This document shows positions 1-10,582 of a DNA stretch of 64,000 nt, in pieces. The position numbers were made by a program, and so were the translations under genes. Position 1 is the first letter of the stretch; every line of letters starts with the position of its first letter. The stretch is from positions 7,993-71,992 of the forward strand of contig LBWP01000002.1 of NCBI GenBank assembly GCA_000993685.1, written 5' to 3'. The notes beneath the pieces are model-generated. The model saw only the letters and a program-made list of their open reading frames with translations, did not search any database and had not been told where the DNA came from. This DNA comes from Candidatus Woesebacteria bacterium GW2011_GWA1_39_21. Lineage in GTDB: Bacteria; Patescibacteriota; Microgenomatia; UBA8517.

Positions 1-15
1 TGCTATTATTAACAT

Positions 16-468
16 ATGAAAAAGAAGCCTTTTCTAATCATAATTGTTGTTATTGTATTGGTTCTAAGTGGAATTTTTATTTACCAAAGAACTAGTAGAA
101 ATACCGTAGTTACAAACAAGGATTATCCTACTACACAAAATTTCAATTTTTATTCTATAAACGATATAAAACAGAAAAGCTTAGCAAGTGGGACCTATAA
201 CACCGAAGGGTATGTGGTCAAGCAATACGAATGTCCTTTTTGCCCACAAGAAACACAATGTAAACCCTGCATGAGAGATAACATTGTAATTTCAGAAAAT
301 AATAAACTTCTTGATACGTATATATTAACCAACAATGAAATAGTAGTATTTGCAAATAACCCAAAGCAGTTTGAACTAGGTAAAAAGTACAGTTTTTCCG
401 TTAAAATCCTAGACCATAAAAGCACCGATGAGCCGATTAACGATATTGAACTTGTTGGCTACCAGTGA
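16..468 (+). CDS. Secreted/membrane-anchored hypothetical protein with CxxC-x5-CxxC motif
   Basis: N-terminal basic residues plus TM helix; ECPFCPQETQCKPC motif; 150 aa ORF. Confidence 0.7.
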   Translation: MKKKPFLIIIVVIVLVLSGIFIYQRTSRNTVVTNKDYPTTQNFNFYSINDIKQKSLASGTYNTEGYVVKQYECPFCPQETQCKPCMRDNIVISENNKLLDTYILTNNEIVVFANNPKQFELGKKYSFSVKILDHKSTDEPINDIELVGYQ

Positions 469-489
469 ATCTAAGATTTTCTAGTTGTT

Positions 490-742
490 TTTTGAAATAG
501 GTTCCAACATAGTCAACCAGGCACTGCAGCAGGTCGATGGGCCGGTTTGAGGAGTAAATCATAGGGCTTTTGGTACGTCCACACGAGCTTTTTTGATGTA
601 ACAACAAGTTTCAACTGACTTTTACAACTGCTTTTCGTTTGGTTTCCAAATCATCGCTGTTTAACGTTTCCCGAGCTTGGTGGGCGGTAGTAAAGTAGTC
701 CTCTGAAAATTCTAACCAAGTGCATTGACTGGTGTAATCCAT
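490..742 (-). pseudogene. C-terminal remnant of a large serine recombinase-like protein
   Basis: Minus strand reads TWLEFSEDYFTTAHQARETLNSDDLETKRKAVVKVS*NLLL..KLVWTYQ/KPYDLLLKP with an in-frame stop and frameshifts; resembles the tails of CPR serine recombinases (recall, not searched). Confidence 0.45.
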
Positions 743-744
743 CG

Positions 745-2289
745 TCAGTCTTCTCTTTCGACTTTCCAAATGACCACTTGCTGATTTTTGAAAACTTCTT
801 TAATACTTCGGTAACTAGGCTTATCAAGTCTGGGGAACTGACTCCAAAGTTCGCTTTCGTTTTTCCAGACAACAAAATCGATATTATTTGAGTTTAAAAA
901 CGATCTGGCTTCATTCTCGCTCATTTTATTGTTGAAGAAACTTGTTAATTCTGCAATTTTTTCGACGGAGTTTGGGGTTTGGAAATAATGACCAAAATAA
1001 ACACTATTTCCGCTTATGGCCGGTATGTAGTTTGAAAAGGGATATGTAGCAACAATGTTTTTGGGGTAGTTTTTTTGAAGAAAATCTAATGCCGCCAAAT
1101 CATTTGAGTTCCAGTAGTATGGTGACAACATGTTTTGTACTTTTAGAACCCGATCTAACTGGATGAAAAACGATGTAAAAAAAGATGCTGTCAAAAATAA
1201 AATTGCAATAACCTTTCTAATTCCGTGTGGTAGGCTTTCAAGGAAGGAAGCGGTTAAAAAAGATAACGGAATAAAAATGCCGAGTAGGTAATAGCGTGCG
1301 AAACCAAACGGTAGATATGCCAAGATAATTTGTGAGGAAATCAGAAAGTAAATAAAAAGAAATGAATTATCGGATCTTATTTTCTTTATCTCGGTCACAA
1401 ATGGGATGATAAATATTCCACATCCGAGAAGAAATGAGACAAACACGGGAGTATTTAGAGAGGGGCTTAAAACGCTTTCGAGACCTTTTGCATTTAGGAT
1501 GTATAAAGCATAAGTTCCACCGCAAAGACCAAGAAAGGTAAGGGATAGAATTGTTTTGACCAAATAAGGTAAATATTTATTTTTTAGATAGATGGCTACT
1601 GCGAAAGATAAAACAACAATCGCGTAACTGAGATACAGGTAGGGGTAGATATAACCGGAAAAAAAAAAGAGTAAGGTTGAAAGGGTAATATATTTAAAAC
1701 GCATGGATTTTGTAAATTTGTAAAAAAATGACAGAGATAATATGTACAGACTTAGGGAGAGTGTTGCGTGAGGCCTTTGAAAGACATTAAGAAGCATGAA
1801 TGGTGTTACGGTTAAATCTGCAGAATTTATACCGAAACCATAAACCAACCAACCAAAACCGCCCGCAAAAGCCGCCGTTAATGTTGAGAGTAACGCTGTT
1901 TTGTGTGAAGAAGAAAGCGTTTTGGTGAAATAGTAAATTGAGACAAGGAGAAACGGTACAAATAATAAAGTTGAGATATTGTATAAGATGAAGGGGTTTG
2001 TCGTTCTGAATAACGTTCCAAAAAGCGTATAAATCGGATAGACAATCGTTTTGTTATCACCGGCTTGGGTTGTAAAAAGATTTTTGTATTTGAAGCCGTT
2101 TATCTGTGAATATTTGATGACAGAAACGTAAACATTCACATCCCACGGATCCCAAGTGTAACTATTGCCAGAGTATTTGTGTTGCGTGTCGGATTTTAGA
2201 TAGCCAATGGTGTCGGGGAGAAAAAATAAAAAGGCTATCAACAGTATCACGAGAATTGTTGACAAGTTAATTTTTGAAATAAATCTCAT
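745..2289 (-). CDS. Multi-TM GT-C-like glycosyltransferase/membrane protein
   Basis: Many TM helices, acidic first loop (WDPWDVNVY), soluble C-terminal domain; start reassigned to ATG 2289 (MRFISK), downstream of TATAAT and avoiding overlap with 2321. Confidence 0.7.
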   Translation of the reverse strand: MRFISKINLSTILVILLIAFLFFLPDTIGYLKSDTQHKYSGNSYTWDPWDVNVYVSVIKYSQINGFKYKNLFTTQAGDNKTIVYPIYTLFGTLFRTTNPFILYNISTLLFVPFLLVSIYYFTKTLSSSHKTALLSTLTAAFAGGFGWLVYGFGINSADLTVTPFMLLNVFQRPHATLSLSLYILSLSFFYKFTKSMRFKYITLSTLLFFFSGYIYPYLYLSYAIVVLSFAVAIYLKNKYLPYLVKTILSLTFLGLCGGTYALYILNAKGLESVLSPSLNTPVFVSFLLGCGIFIIPFVTEIKKIRSDNSFLFIYFLISSQIILAYLPFGFARYYLLGIFIPLSFLTASFLESLPHGIRKVIAILFLTASFFTSFFIQLDRVLKVQNMLSPYYWNSNDLAALDFLQKNYPKNIVATYPFSNYIPAISGNSVYFGHYFQTPNSVEKIAELTSFFNNKMSENEARSFLNSNNIDFVVWKNESELWSQFPRLDKPSYRSIKEVFKNQQVVIWKVERED

Positions 2290-2320
2290 ACTAGGGAAAT
2301 TATAATGTAAAATACTAAAT

Positions 2321-3910
2321 ATGATAACGTTTGAAGCGTTCAGAAGGTTCAAATCTTTTATCGCGCGTAACCAATTATTCCTTCTTTTTATCCTTACGTA
2401 TTTCACCTTCGTAACATATTTTTTGAGGGGGATTTCGTCACTCGATCCGGATTTTGGCTGGCGCTTGAAATTTGGACAAATGGTTATCGATAGTGGAATT
2501 CCCAAAACTGATCCTTTTTCATATACTATGCCTTCGTTTCCTTTTGTAGATCACTCCTGGCTGTTTAGTGTTTTTGCGGCTTTGACGTATCCGGTTTTCG
2601 CGAATATTCTGCTCTCTCTCTTGTTAGCCTTTGCTATCTTTACGGCCGTTATTTTATCAAACAAGAGATTAAAGGAGAGCGACTTTGGCCACTGCAACCT
2701 CAACTTCCGTTGGGAAAGATGGGTGCACCCAATGACCCTGGCGGTTTTGACATTTCTTTTGTTGTTTTTTGCTGTGAGAGCGCAGATAGTTTCTTGGCTG
2801 ATCTTTTCATTTTTAATGTTAATTCTATTTACAAAGGATTATTACTTTCGCTTTAAATATTTTTTGCCGGTTGTTTTTTTGGTGTGGGCAAATTTCCACG
2901 GCGGCTATTCAATCGGGCTTTTTATTTTGGGGTATTTTCTTGCGTTTAGATATTTAATTAATAAAAAAGGTTCTTGGAAGGATGTGTTGGTTTTGTTTTT
3001 GTGCATTGCCGCTACTTTGGTTACACCTTATGGACTTGCCGGCTGGAGGGAAGTGGCTTCTTCGGTTTTGGACTCAAGGCTGCGTTACACAATTGCGGAG
3101 TGGATGCCGTCGGTGACGTTTTTTGACTTGTCGATGATTTTTTACATTTCGATGTCGACCTTTATGGTTTTTTACAAAAGGCGTGAAATTCCAAAAATCC
3201 AATTTTATCTTTTTTGGGCGCTGTTTATTTTTGCCTTGAGTAGTCGACGCAACATGCCATATTTTATGTTGTATTCACTTCCATTGACGGTTGTTGCGGT
3301 CGAAAAGCTGTATCAGGAGGTTAAAGATAAAAGTGTTGGGAGAGAGCGCTTTTCGATCGCTTTTAATTTTTTAAGAATCTTTGCTGTTATCCTCCTTTTT
3401 GGCCAGCTATATTTTAGTTACTGGAGGGCATATACGCAGAGGGGTGTTCCATCCCGGGGGGGAGGTTTTTACCCCGAGAGCGCTGTTTCCTTCTTAAAAT
3501 CGGAAAATCTTTCCGACGAAACCTTTTCCAGTTATGGGTGGGGTGGTTATCTTATTTGGAAACTGCCCGGTAAGAGAATTTTTGTCGACGGGAGAATGCC
3601 GAGTTGGAAATTTAACCCGGCCGACTCAAGTCGCGAAACAACATCCGCGTACAGTGACTACCTAAATATCGAAAATGGCGAGTTGGACTTCAACTCACAG
3701 GCAAACAAATACTCCATTGGCCATGTCTTATGGCCTGTGGAAAAACCCAGTTTTTTCGGAAGTCTTGGAAAGAAGGCGAGAAAGCTATTTACCACGAGTG
3801 AAAAAGCAGATTTTTCTTTTACAAAATATCTGTTAGAGAACGGTTGGAAAATAATCTACTCGGACGAAACCTCCGTTGTTTACAAAAGGATTGATAAGTC
3901 GACGTGGTAA
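2321..3910 (+). CDS. Multi-TM GT-C-like membrane protein
   Basis: DPDFGWRLKFG first-loop motif, WANFHGG, YGWGGYLIW, FVDGRMP. Confidence 0.75.
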   Translation: MITFEAFRRFKSFIARNQLFLLFILTYFTFVTYFLRGISSLDPDFGWRLKFGQMVIDSGIPKTDPFSYTMPSFPFVDHSWLFSVFAALTYPVFANILLSLLLAFAIFTAVILSNKRLKESDFGHCNLNFRWERWVHPMTLAVLTFLLLFFAVRAQIVSWLIFSFLMLILFTKDYYFRFKYFLPVVFLVWANFHGGYSIGLFILGYFLAFRYLINKKGSWKDVLVLFLCIAATLVTPYGLAGWREVASSVLDSRLRYTIAEWMPSVTFFDLSMIFYISMSTFMVFYKRREIPKIQFYLFWALFIFALSSRRNMPYFMLYSLPLTVVAVEKLYQEVKDKSVGRERFSIAFNFLRIFAVILLFGQLYFSYWRAYTQRGVPSRGGGFYPESAVSFLKSENLSDETFSSYGWGGYLIWKLPGKRIFVDGRMPSWKFNPADSSRETTSAYSDYLNIENGELDFNSQANKYSIGHVLWPVEKPSFFGSLGKKARKLFTTSEKADFSFTKYLLENGWKIIYSDETSVVYKRIDKSTW

Positions 3911-3933
3911 CTTATGGGGTATAATTGAAGGCA

Positions 3934-5706
3934 ATGGCGGGAACTGTTGAGGAAATAAAAGCAAAAGCTGATATTGTTCAAATCATATCGGAAAGAATTA
4001 ACGTAAAAAAAGCTGGAAAACATTTTAAGGCACTTTGTCCGTTCCACGGAGAAAAAACACCTTCTTTTATGATTTCACCGGAGTTGCAGATTTATAAATG
4101 CTTTGGCTGTAGTTTGGGTGGTGATGTGATCGACTTTTTGGAAAGGTATGAAGGAATGGATTTTAACGAGGCAGTGGAGTACCTTTCAGAAAGAACGGGA
4201 ATCAAGCTTGAATCGAGTTTTTTTCAACCTAAAAAAGACAGGGAAAAGATTGTTGAAATAAACGAGCTCGCTTCGAAGTACTACCAATATCTTCTCCTTA
4301 AACACAAGCTTGGTAAGGAGGCCCTAGCGTATTTGTTAGAAAAACGTAAATTGACGATTGCGACAATTCAAAAATTCAGAATTGGATATTCGCCGGGCAA
4401 TCAAGAAATTTTCGAATCCTTCTTTATCAAAAAAAAAGGCATCCGAGTTCGCGATTTGGCCATGGCGGGTATTTGTTACGAGAAGTATGGTAAAGCAATT
4501 GATAGGTTTTCAGGAAGAGTTATTTTTCCGCTTTTTGACCATCGTAACAATGTTGTAGGTTTTTCTGGAAGGGTGATGCCGGGCTCCAGCCAAGAACTTG
4601 CCAAATATATCAACACCCCCGAAACGCCTGCGTACCATAAATCCGAGGTCTTGTTTGGGTTGAATTTTACTAAAGAGGAAATCAAAAAGAGTGCTTTTGC
4701 GATAATTACAGAAGGCGAGCTCGATGCAATTTCACCCTGGCAAAGGGGGGTAAAAAACATCGTTGCAATTAAGGGTTCGGCCTTGACCGAAGCGCATGCG
4801 CATCTTCTCTCGCGCTTTACAAAAAATATTACATTGGCACTCGATGCTGATTTTGCCGGAAATGCCGCCGCGAAAAGGGGAATAGAAATTGCCCAACGCC
4901 TGGGTTTAAAAGTAAAAGTAGCAGTGCTTAAGGGTTACAAAGATCCGGACGAAATGGCGCTTGTTGGGATCGAGAAGTTTTCTGACTGCGTCAAGAAAGC
5001 AGTTTCGGTATACGACTTTATTATCGGTTCCGCAATGGAAAAGTATGACAGGCAGACGATTGAGGGAAAGATGGATATTGCAAGGGAGGCAATTCCGTTT
5101 CTGGCGAAGATTGAGGATGAAATTGTTAAAGCGTACTATATTGAGAGTTTGTCGAAGAAACTTGGAGTTCCATACGAATCCGTGTATTCGGAGGTGGAAA
5201 AAAACAGAATTTCAAAAATTGGAAAACAGGACGAGAAGCGTATCGACGATCCCGTTGCTAGAAAAAGAAGAGATAGAGTGGAAGAGATGTTTTTGGTTTT
5301 ACTTTTGCTTGAGCAGCCAGAAAAAGTAAAAGAGTATGCGCTCTATTTCAAGTCGACCTTCATTTCTAAGGTTGTTGACACGCTTGGAGTTTTTCTGAAG
5401 AAAAAAGTCTTTGATATCCGAGGTTTTGTCCAGAATCTGCCGGATGAGCTTAAAGATAAGTTTAATGATATTTACCTAATCAACAGTTCCGAATTTGATA
5501 ATCTTACTTCGTTGGAGGTGAAAAAGGAAATTGAGTTGTTGAGAAAGACGCTTGAGCTAATTACTATTTCGGAAAAGCAGAATGAGATTATAGAACGAAT
5601 CAAAAAAAGTGAGAAAAATAAAGACAAAGACGACGTTAAAAAATATCAGAAACAGTTAAACGATTTAGTGAAAACGAAACTGAGACTTGAAGGTAAGGCA
5701 AGCTAG
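3934..5706 (+). CDS. dnaG: DNA primase
   Basis: CPFH..CFGC zinc finger, KYINTPET, TOPRIM EGELD/LDAD, KDPDE; ATG 3934 follows TATAAT 3920-3925. Confidence 0.97.
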   Translation: MAGTVEEIKAKADIVQIISERINVKKAGKHFKALCPFHGEKTPSFMISPELQIYKCFGCSLGGDVIDFLERYEGMDFNEAVEYLSERTGIKLESSFFQPKKDREKIVEINELASKYYQYLLLKHKLGKEALAYLLEKRKLTIATIQKFRIGYSPGNQEIFESFFIKKKGIRVRDLAMAGICYEKYGKAIDRFSGRVIFPLFDHRNNVVGFSGRVMPGSSQELAKYINTPETPAYHKSEVLFGLNFTKEEIKKSAFAIITEGELDAISPWQRGVKNIVAIKGSALTEAHAHLLSRFTKNITLALDADFAGNAAAKRGIEIAQRLGLKVKVAVLKGYKDPDEMALVGIEKFSDCVKKAVSVYDFIIGSAMEKYDRQTIEGKMDIAREAIPFLAKIEDEIVKAYYIESLSKKLGVPYESVYSEVEKNRISKIGKQDEKRIDDPVARKRRDRVEEMFLVLLLLEQPEKVKEYALYFKSTFISKVVDTLGVFLKKKVFDIRGFVQNLPDELKDKFNDIYLINSSEFDNLTSLEVKKEIELLRKTLELITISEKQNEIIERIKKSEKNKDKDDVKKYQKQLNDLVKTKLRLEGKAS

Positions 5707-5751
5707 AAATTATTATTAATTGAATAATAGAGTATTTTGAGTATAATACTA

Positions 5752-5910
5752 TAGCGACATTCAGAAGCACCGTGGTAATGTCCCTGGGTGGATTGAACGT
5801 AGATATTCCTCCTTTGGGGTCGTCCCGACGAAGTCGGGTAGGAGAGTATCAGTAAAGTGAGGTTTTCCTAATGACACTGGTGGGGGACGTCATAAAATCG
5901 GCTTTAGCGC
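5752..5910 (+). ncRNA. Structured rod-like RNA upstream of rpoD, possibly 6S-like
   Basis: TATAAT at 5742-5747; nested pairings ATGTCCCT/GGGGACGT, GGTG/CACT, GATATTCCTCCT/AGGAGAGTATC, CCCGAC/GTCGGG around an asymmetric bubble. Confidence 0.4.
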
Positions 5911-6002
5911 GCCCCTCTCTGGCATTGGCAAGGTGGTTGCGTTTTTACATAAAGACGGTAGTGTTAAAGTAAGGTTTTGTTTTCTTCAGAAATATTTCAT
6001 TT

Positions 6003-7082
6003 ATGATCAGACAAGAAGTCGGAGAGCTTATTAAACACGCACGAGAGCAGGGGTTTCTGACTCAAGACGAAATTCTTGAGGTTTTTTTTGACGCAGAAGA
6101 TAGGTTAGAAGAGCTGGATAATCTTTACGACAGCCTTCTGTCTGAAGGGATCGACGTTTTTGAGTCGGTCGAGGCAGAGGAAACAGAAAGCGAAGAGAAA
6201 GCAAAAGAAAAACTCGAGCGGGAAATTGAGATTTTAACAAAACTAACCGGAGCTGAGTCAACCGACCCCGTTAGGCAATATTTGAGGGAGATCGGAAAGG
6301 TGTCGCTTTTGACGGCTGAAGATGAGGTTGAGTTGGCGAAGCGCTACGAGAAAGGCGAGAAATACTCCAAAGACAAGTTGACAGAATCAAACCTGCGTTT
6401 GGTTGTTTCCATTGCTAAAAAATATATAGGAAGAGGACTTTCACTACTGGATCTTATTCAAGAAGGCAACCAGGGCTTGATCCGCGCTGTGGAAAAATAC
6501 AATTGGCGCAAAGGCTTTAAATTTTCAACGTATGCGACATGGTGGATCAGACAGGCAATCACTCGAGCGATTGCCGATCAGGCAAGGACGATCAGAATCC
6601 CCGTCCACATGGTCGAGACAATTAACAAGCTTTACCGTACATCACGGAGGTTGATGCAAACACTTGGTCGTGAACCAACGTCTGAAGAAATTGGTGACGA
6701 GGTGGGTATTGAGTCAGATCGCGTCAGAGAAATTTTCAAAATTGCACAAGAAGTGACTTCTTTGGAGGCGCCGGTCGGCGAGGATAAAGAAAGCTTTTTG
6801 GGTGACTTCATTCCGGATGAATCACAGCTTTCTCCGGTTGACGCCGCATCAAAACAACTTTTAAAAGACCACCTGGAAGAAGTTTTAAAGACACTTTCAG
6901 AACGGGAGGCAAAGGTGTTGAAGCTGCGATTCGGACTTGAAGGGACAAAATCAATGACTTTGGAAGAAGTAGGAAAAGTTTTTGGAGTAACCCGCGAGAG
7001 AATCCGGCAAATTGAAGCTAAAGCTTTAAGGAAACTCAAGCATCCCAGTCGCAGAAAGAAATTACAAGACTATCTGGAATGA
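6003..7082 (+). CDS. rpoD: Primary sigma-70 factor
   Basis: [63 protein letters not shown]. Confidence 0.98.
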   Translation: MIRQEVGELIKHAREQGFLTQDEILEVFFDAEDRLEELDNLYDSLLSEGIDVFESVEAEETESEEKAKEKLEREIEILTKLTGAESTDPVRQYLREIGKVSLLTAEDEVELAKRYEKGEKYSKDKLTESNLRLVVSIAKKYIGRGLSLLDLIQEGNQGLIRAVEKYNWRKGFKFSTYATWWIRQAITRAIADQARTIRIPVHMVETINKLYRTSRRLMQTLGREPTSEEIGDEVGIESDRVREIFKIAQEVTSLEAPVGEDKESFLGDFIPDESQLSPVDAASKQLLKDHLEEVLKTLSEREAKVLKLRFGLEGTKSMTLEEVGKVFGVTRERIRQIEAKALRKLKHPSRRKKLQDYLE

Positions 7083-7091
7083 AGAAAACAA

Positions 7092-7134
7092 GACGGGTTT
7101 ATCCGTCGCAGCCCCGCACTTTTAGGGTGCGGGA
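7092..7134 (+). terminator. Twin hairpins after rpoD (terminator or IS-end remnant)
   Basis: GACGGG-TTTA-TCCGTC and CCCGCACT-TTTA-GGGTGCGGG. Confidence 0.4.
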
Positions 7135-7181
7135 AAACTTCAGGATTACCTGGAATAAGAATTTGATAGTATTATTGGTTA

Positions 7182-8357
7182 ATGTCGGTTAAAAGATATC
7201 TCTTAGCAACCTCTCTTTTCATCTATGCAGTGTTGATTGTTTTTATTTATTGTTATTACTTTACGCGCCCATATTTTCTAATCCAGACGGATCTAGTCAG
7301 TTTTTTGACCGGCGCAAAAATAGTAAGTGATGGTAAAAGCGATCTTTTATATAACACCAGTACACAGCTTACGTACCAAAACAGTCTCGTTTCAGAGTAT
7401 GGCAAAAAGCTTCTCTTGCCATTTAGAAATTTACCGATGATGGCGAGTTTGTATCAGCCGCTTCTTTCCTTAAACTTAAGAGACTCTTTTCTTTTAGTAT
7501 TTTTCCTAAACACATTGTTACTTCTGGTGTTTTATCTGGTTTTCATCCATTTCTATCCGGAGTTAAAAAGGTACAAATATTTATTTTTTTTAACACTTCT
7601 TTTTTACCCTTCTGCATCTAACCTGATTGTCGGGCAGTATACTCCGTTGATTTTATTAACACTCCTTTGTGTTTACCTGTCGATCAAAAGTGAAAAAGCC
7701 TTTTTGACGGGTTTTGCGACGTCAATTCTTGCTATTAAATCGCAGTATCTACTTTTTCTCCCTTTTTCCCTCATTTTAACCAAGGACAAAAGAAGATATT
7801 TTTTGGGTGCGTTTGTCGGTCTAACACTGTTTTTGCTTTTAAATATTGTTGCAGCTAGAGGAATAAACCCGATTCTTGACTATCCAAAATTCATACTCGA
7901 AACCGAGAGCTCTGCGTACGGCAGTAGGCCGTATCAGATGTTTACATTGACCGGAGTGATTAAACAATTTTTTCCCAAAATCTCGAGTCTCGTCGCAATC
8001 GCAATTAATCTGTTTTTGTATACCTTAAGCGTTCTCTTTTTGTTTAAAATGAGGGCGACGAAAGACTTGGAGGCGATATTTTCTGTGGGTATTGTGCTTA
8101 CGGTTTTATTTTCGGTTCATGCGTTGGCACACGATCTACTTGTTTTGTTAATTCCGCTATTTTTATATCTTGCTTCTGAAAAAAAAGGAAGTGGTTTGAT
8201 AGCTGGATGTATTTTTGTCGTATCCGGTGTTTTTTCTTTATTGGATAACGCAACGGCCTCGGTTGTTTTAATGGTTATTCTTAGTGTCTTGATTTTGGCG
8301 AAGTCGATATTCCGCAAGGGAAAGTTTTCAGTTTTTTGTTTTCCTAAGTACTTCTAA
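7182..8357 (+). CDS. GT87/DUF2029-like membrane glycosyltransferase
   Basis: TDLVSF..GA first loop, NLIVGQ, IKSQY, HALAHD motifs; multi-TM. Confidence 0.75.
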   Translation: MSVKRYLLATSLFIYAVLIVFIYCYYFTRPYFLIQTDLVSFLTGAKIVSDGKSDLLYNTSTQLTYQNSLVSEYGKKLLLPFRNLPMMASLYQPLLSLNLRDSFLLVFFLNTLLLLVFYLVFIHFYPELKRYKYLFFLTLLFYPSASNLIVGQYTPLILLTLLCVYLSIKSEKAFLTGFATSILAIKSQYLLFLPFSLILTKDKRRYFLGAFVGLTLFLLLNIVAARGINPILDYPKFILETESSAYGSRPYQMFTLTGVIKQFFPKISSLVAIAINLFLYTLSVLFLFKMRATKDLEAIFSVGIVLTVLFSVHALAHDLLVLLIPLFLYLASEKKGSGLIAGCIFVVSGVFSLLDNATASVVLMVILSVLILAKSIFRKGKFSVFCFPKYF

Positions 8358-8467
8358 AAGTTGAGATTGGAATTTATTGATAAACTTCTTGTCGCGTATC
8401 GTTTTATCTGATTTTTTCAGAAAATGTTTGACCATTTGAGGGTTTGTTAGGTGTAAGATTTTTAGTC

Positions 8468-9616
8468 TTATATGATTAAAATCCCTATACTCCAAGCCAT
8501 CATAAAAACGACTTGTATGGGAATTAAAAATATTGTGAGTAGCTTTTTAGAGATGCTGTTTTCGGCAACAAGTGCCAGTGCTAAAAAAAGTGGAAAGACT
8601 GCCGCCGACATCCTCGGAATTCCGATTGCGATTTCAACACCGTTGACTAAAGGTATCCCAACTACAATCAGAGAAAGCATCAAATATTCCAAGACATTGC
8701 TTTTAAGATAGGCGTGCAGGAGTAAAATTATCTCCAAGATTGTAAATATTCCGATAACCATTGTGGCTTCGGTTGTAGATAAAAGTTCATACAAGACTAT
8801 AAGTGGGTTTGAAAAAACCGCACCCCATGGCGCGTGCGAAAAAGCTAAAGGGTTCCCAGTCAAAAAATACAGATATGTGGAAAATAGAATTAAACCGGCT
8901 GCGTAGAGAAATAAATAAATTGAATTTTTATGGATCTTAAACCCGTTTTGTTTAATATAAAGATAGGCAATCGGCAACAGACAAAAAACACCGGTAGGAC
9001 GGGTTAGTGAAAGTAAAAACCCCGAAAAGCCACAGAGTGCCCAGTTGTTTTTTCTCGCGAAATAAAAACATAAAATGGTCAAAAGTAAAAAAAGCGACTC
9101 CGAAAAAATGCCTGACAGTACGAAAGCAGTGGGGAAGAGAAAGAGAAAAAGAAGACTTTGTTTTGCAACCTTTTCATTAAAAGTCAAAAGTGCAAGTTTA
9201 TAAAGATAGATGGCAGAAAAGATTAAACTGATATTTGACAGTAAAAGTCCGGCAAGATAGTAATTGTTAATCACTCTTCCAAGCAGACCGACAGAAACGG
9301 GGTATAAAGGGAAGAAAGCGGTATTCGTTTGATTGCAACAAGCCTTGGGAAGTTGCGAAGGTTCAGTCGAATACCCATTTTGTGCAACGTCCAGATACCA
9401 CGCCGAATCCCAAACGCTCCAAAGGTCCAACCATTGTGTTTTGGCGATTTTCCACTCATACCAGTTTTCATATACACTGGTAAAAACGTTTCTTGAGACT
9501 AACCCTGAGAAGACGAGAGTAATTCTGGTGATAAAAAAAAGAATCAATATAAAACCAAGTATCTTTAATGGTACAAAACGGTCAACTTTTTTAGAAATCT
9601 CTGTTATGATTTTCAT
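8468..9616 (-). CDS. GT-C mannosyltransferase (PIG-V-like)
   Basis: WDSAWYLDVAQNGY, AFFPLYP, SESLF, TRPTG motifs. Confidence 0.85.
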   Translation of the reverse strand: MKIITEISKKVDRFVPLKILGFILILFFITRITLVFSGLVSRNVFTSVYENWYEWKIAKTQWLDLWSVWDSAWYLDVAQNGYSTEPSQLPKACCNQTNTAFFPLYPVSVGLLGRVINNYYLAGLLLSNISLIFSAIYLYKLALLTFNEKVAKQSLLFLFLFPTAFVLSGIFSESLFLLLTILCFYFARKNNWALCGFSGFLLSLTRPTGVFCLLPIAYLYIKQNGFKIHKNSIYLFLYAAGLILFSTYLYFLTGNPLAFSHAPWGAVFSNPLIVLYELLSTTEATMVIGIFTILEIILLLHAYLKSNVLEYLMLSLIVVGIPLVNGVEIAIGIPRMSAAVFPLFLALALVAENSISKKLLTIFLIPIQVVFMMAWSIGILII

Positions 9617-9625
9617 ACCAGGATT

Positions 9626-10582
9626 TTACTTGTCATTTGTGGCAACAACAAGCAGGTCCTCGCCAGAATCCGAAAAATATAGCAACAAGTTAATTAAAAA
9701 CACGGGAAGTGTAAGAAGTGCAAAGAGTAAAATGTGAGGCAATGTGTTCTTTCGAGATGTGTTTCCTTGAATAAGATTGAAAAAGACACTGTCGGTTTTT
9801 GTTATCCAGCTAACAATGCTTTGGACAGAGGTAAAGGTTGAATATTCCAACGAAAAAGTGTGAACTTTTTGAATTTTAAAACCGTGGCTTTGTAATAAAC
9901 CGCATAAAGACATTTTATTAAAAAAGTACAAGTGGTATTTTAAATCCAAACCTAACCAGTACTCTTGACAAAATCTTCTTGTCCACGAGTCGAAATTTGG
10001 CACCTCAATCACGACGTGTCCATCTTTTTTTAATAAGCTTTTTATTTTTACAATATATTCTTCCGGGTATTTGACATGTTCGAGAACGTGCAGAATTGTT
10101 ACAAAGTCAAAACTGTTTTTTGGAAGGTTCAGATCTAGTAGATCTTTGTCATAAATTTCCAATTTGAGGACATTTTTTGAGAAGTTGTAAGCATGTTTTT
10201 CGATTTGTGTTCCGACGGTTTTGTCATAATTGAAATATTTTCGTAAAAAGAGTAGGGTGTAACCGCGGCCACTGCCGATGTCGAGGATCTTTTTTGCGTG
10301 AGGGTCGATTGTGAAGAGTTTAAAAGCACGGAAGAGCCTGAACGCTTTTACGATAAACTCTATTCCAAAACGGAATCTAATTGGAGTTTCGTTTTGATAA
10401 TAATTTACATAAACAGAATTCGGGTCAACAGATTTGAATTTGGCGGAAAAAATTATCCCGCACTCGAGGCACCTGTTGAGTTGATATCGTCCATAGGAAT
10501 GAATTGTTTTGCTATAGGTGTGTTGACAAATATGATCTTTACTTTTTGTAAAAGATTTTGCTCGAATAGATTTTTGAGACAT
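9626..10582 (-). CDS. Class I SAM-dependent methyltransferase
   Basis: ILDIGSGRG, FDFVTILHVLEH, IEVPN; start reassigned to ATG 10582 (MSQKS). Confidence 0.88.
   Translation of the reverse strand: MSQKSIRAKSFTKSKDHICQHTYSKTIHSYGRYQLNRCLECGIIFSAKFKSVDPNSVYVNYYQNETPIRFRFGIEFIVKAFRLFRAFKLFTIDPHAKKILDIGSGRGYTLLFLRKYFNYDKTVGTQIEKHAYNFSKNVLKLEIYDKDLLDLNLPKNSFDFVTILHVLEHVKYPEEYIVKIKSLLKKDGHVVIEVPNFDSWTRRFCQEYWLGLDLKYHLYFFNKMSLCGLLQSHGFKIQKVHTFSLEYSTFTSVQSIVSWITKTDSVFFNLIQGNTSRKNTLPHILLFALLTLPVFLINLLLYFSDSGEDLLVVATNDK

Noticed and set aside
5889-5901. 13-nt identity CGTCATAAAATCG with 35779-35791
   Set aside because: Flanks unrelated; cannot exclude chance
5760-5910. RNase P RNA (AAGCACCG / CATAAAATCGGCTTTA resembles P4)
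   Set aside because: No GAGGAAAGUCC core or bulged U, and other conserved regions are missing
5925-5960. T-box-like AAGGTGGTTGCG upstream of rpoD
   Set aside because: No complementary antiterminator strand or specifier stem
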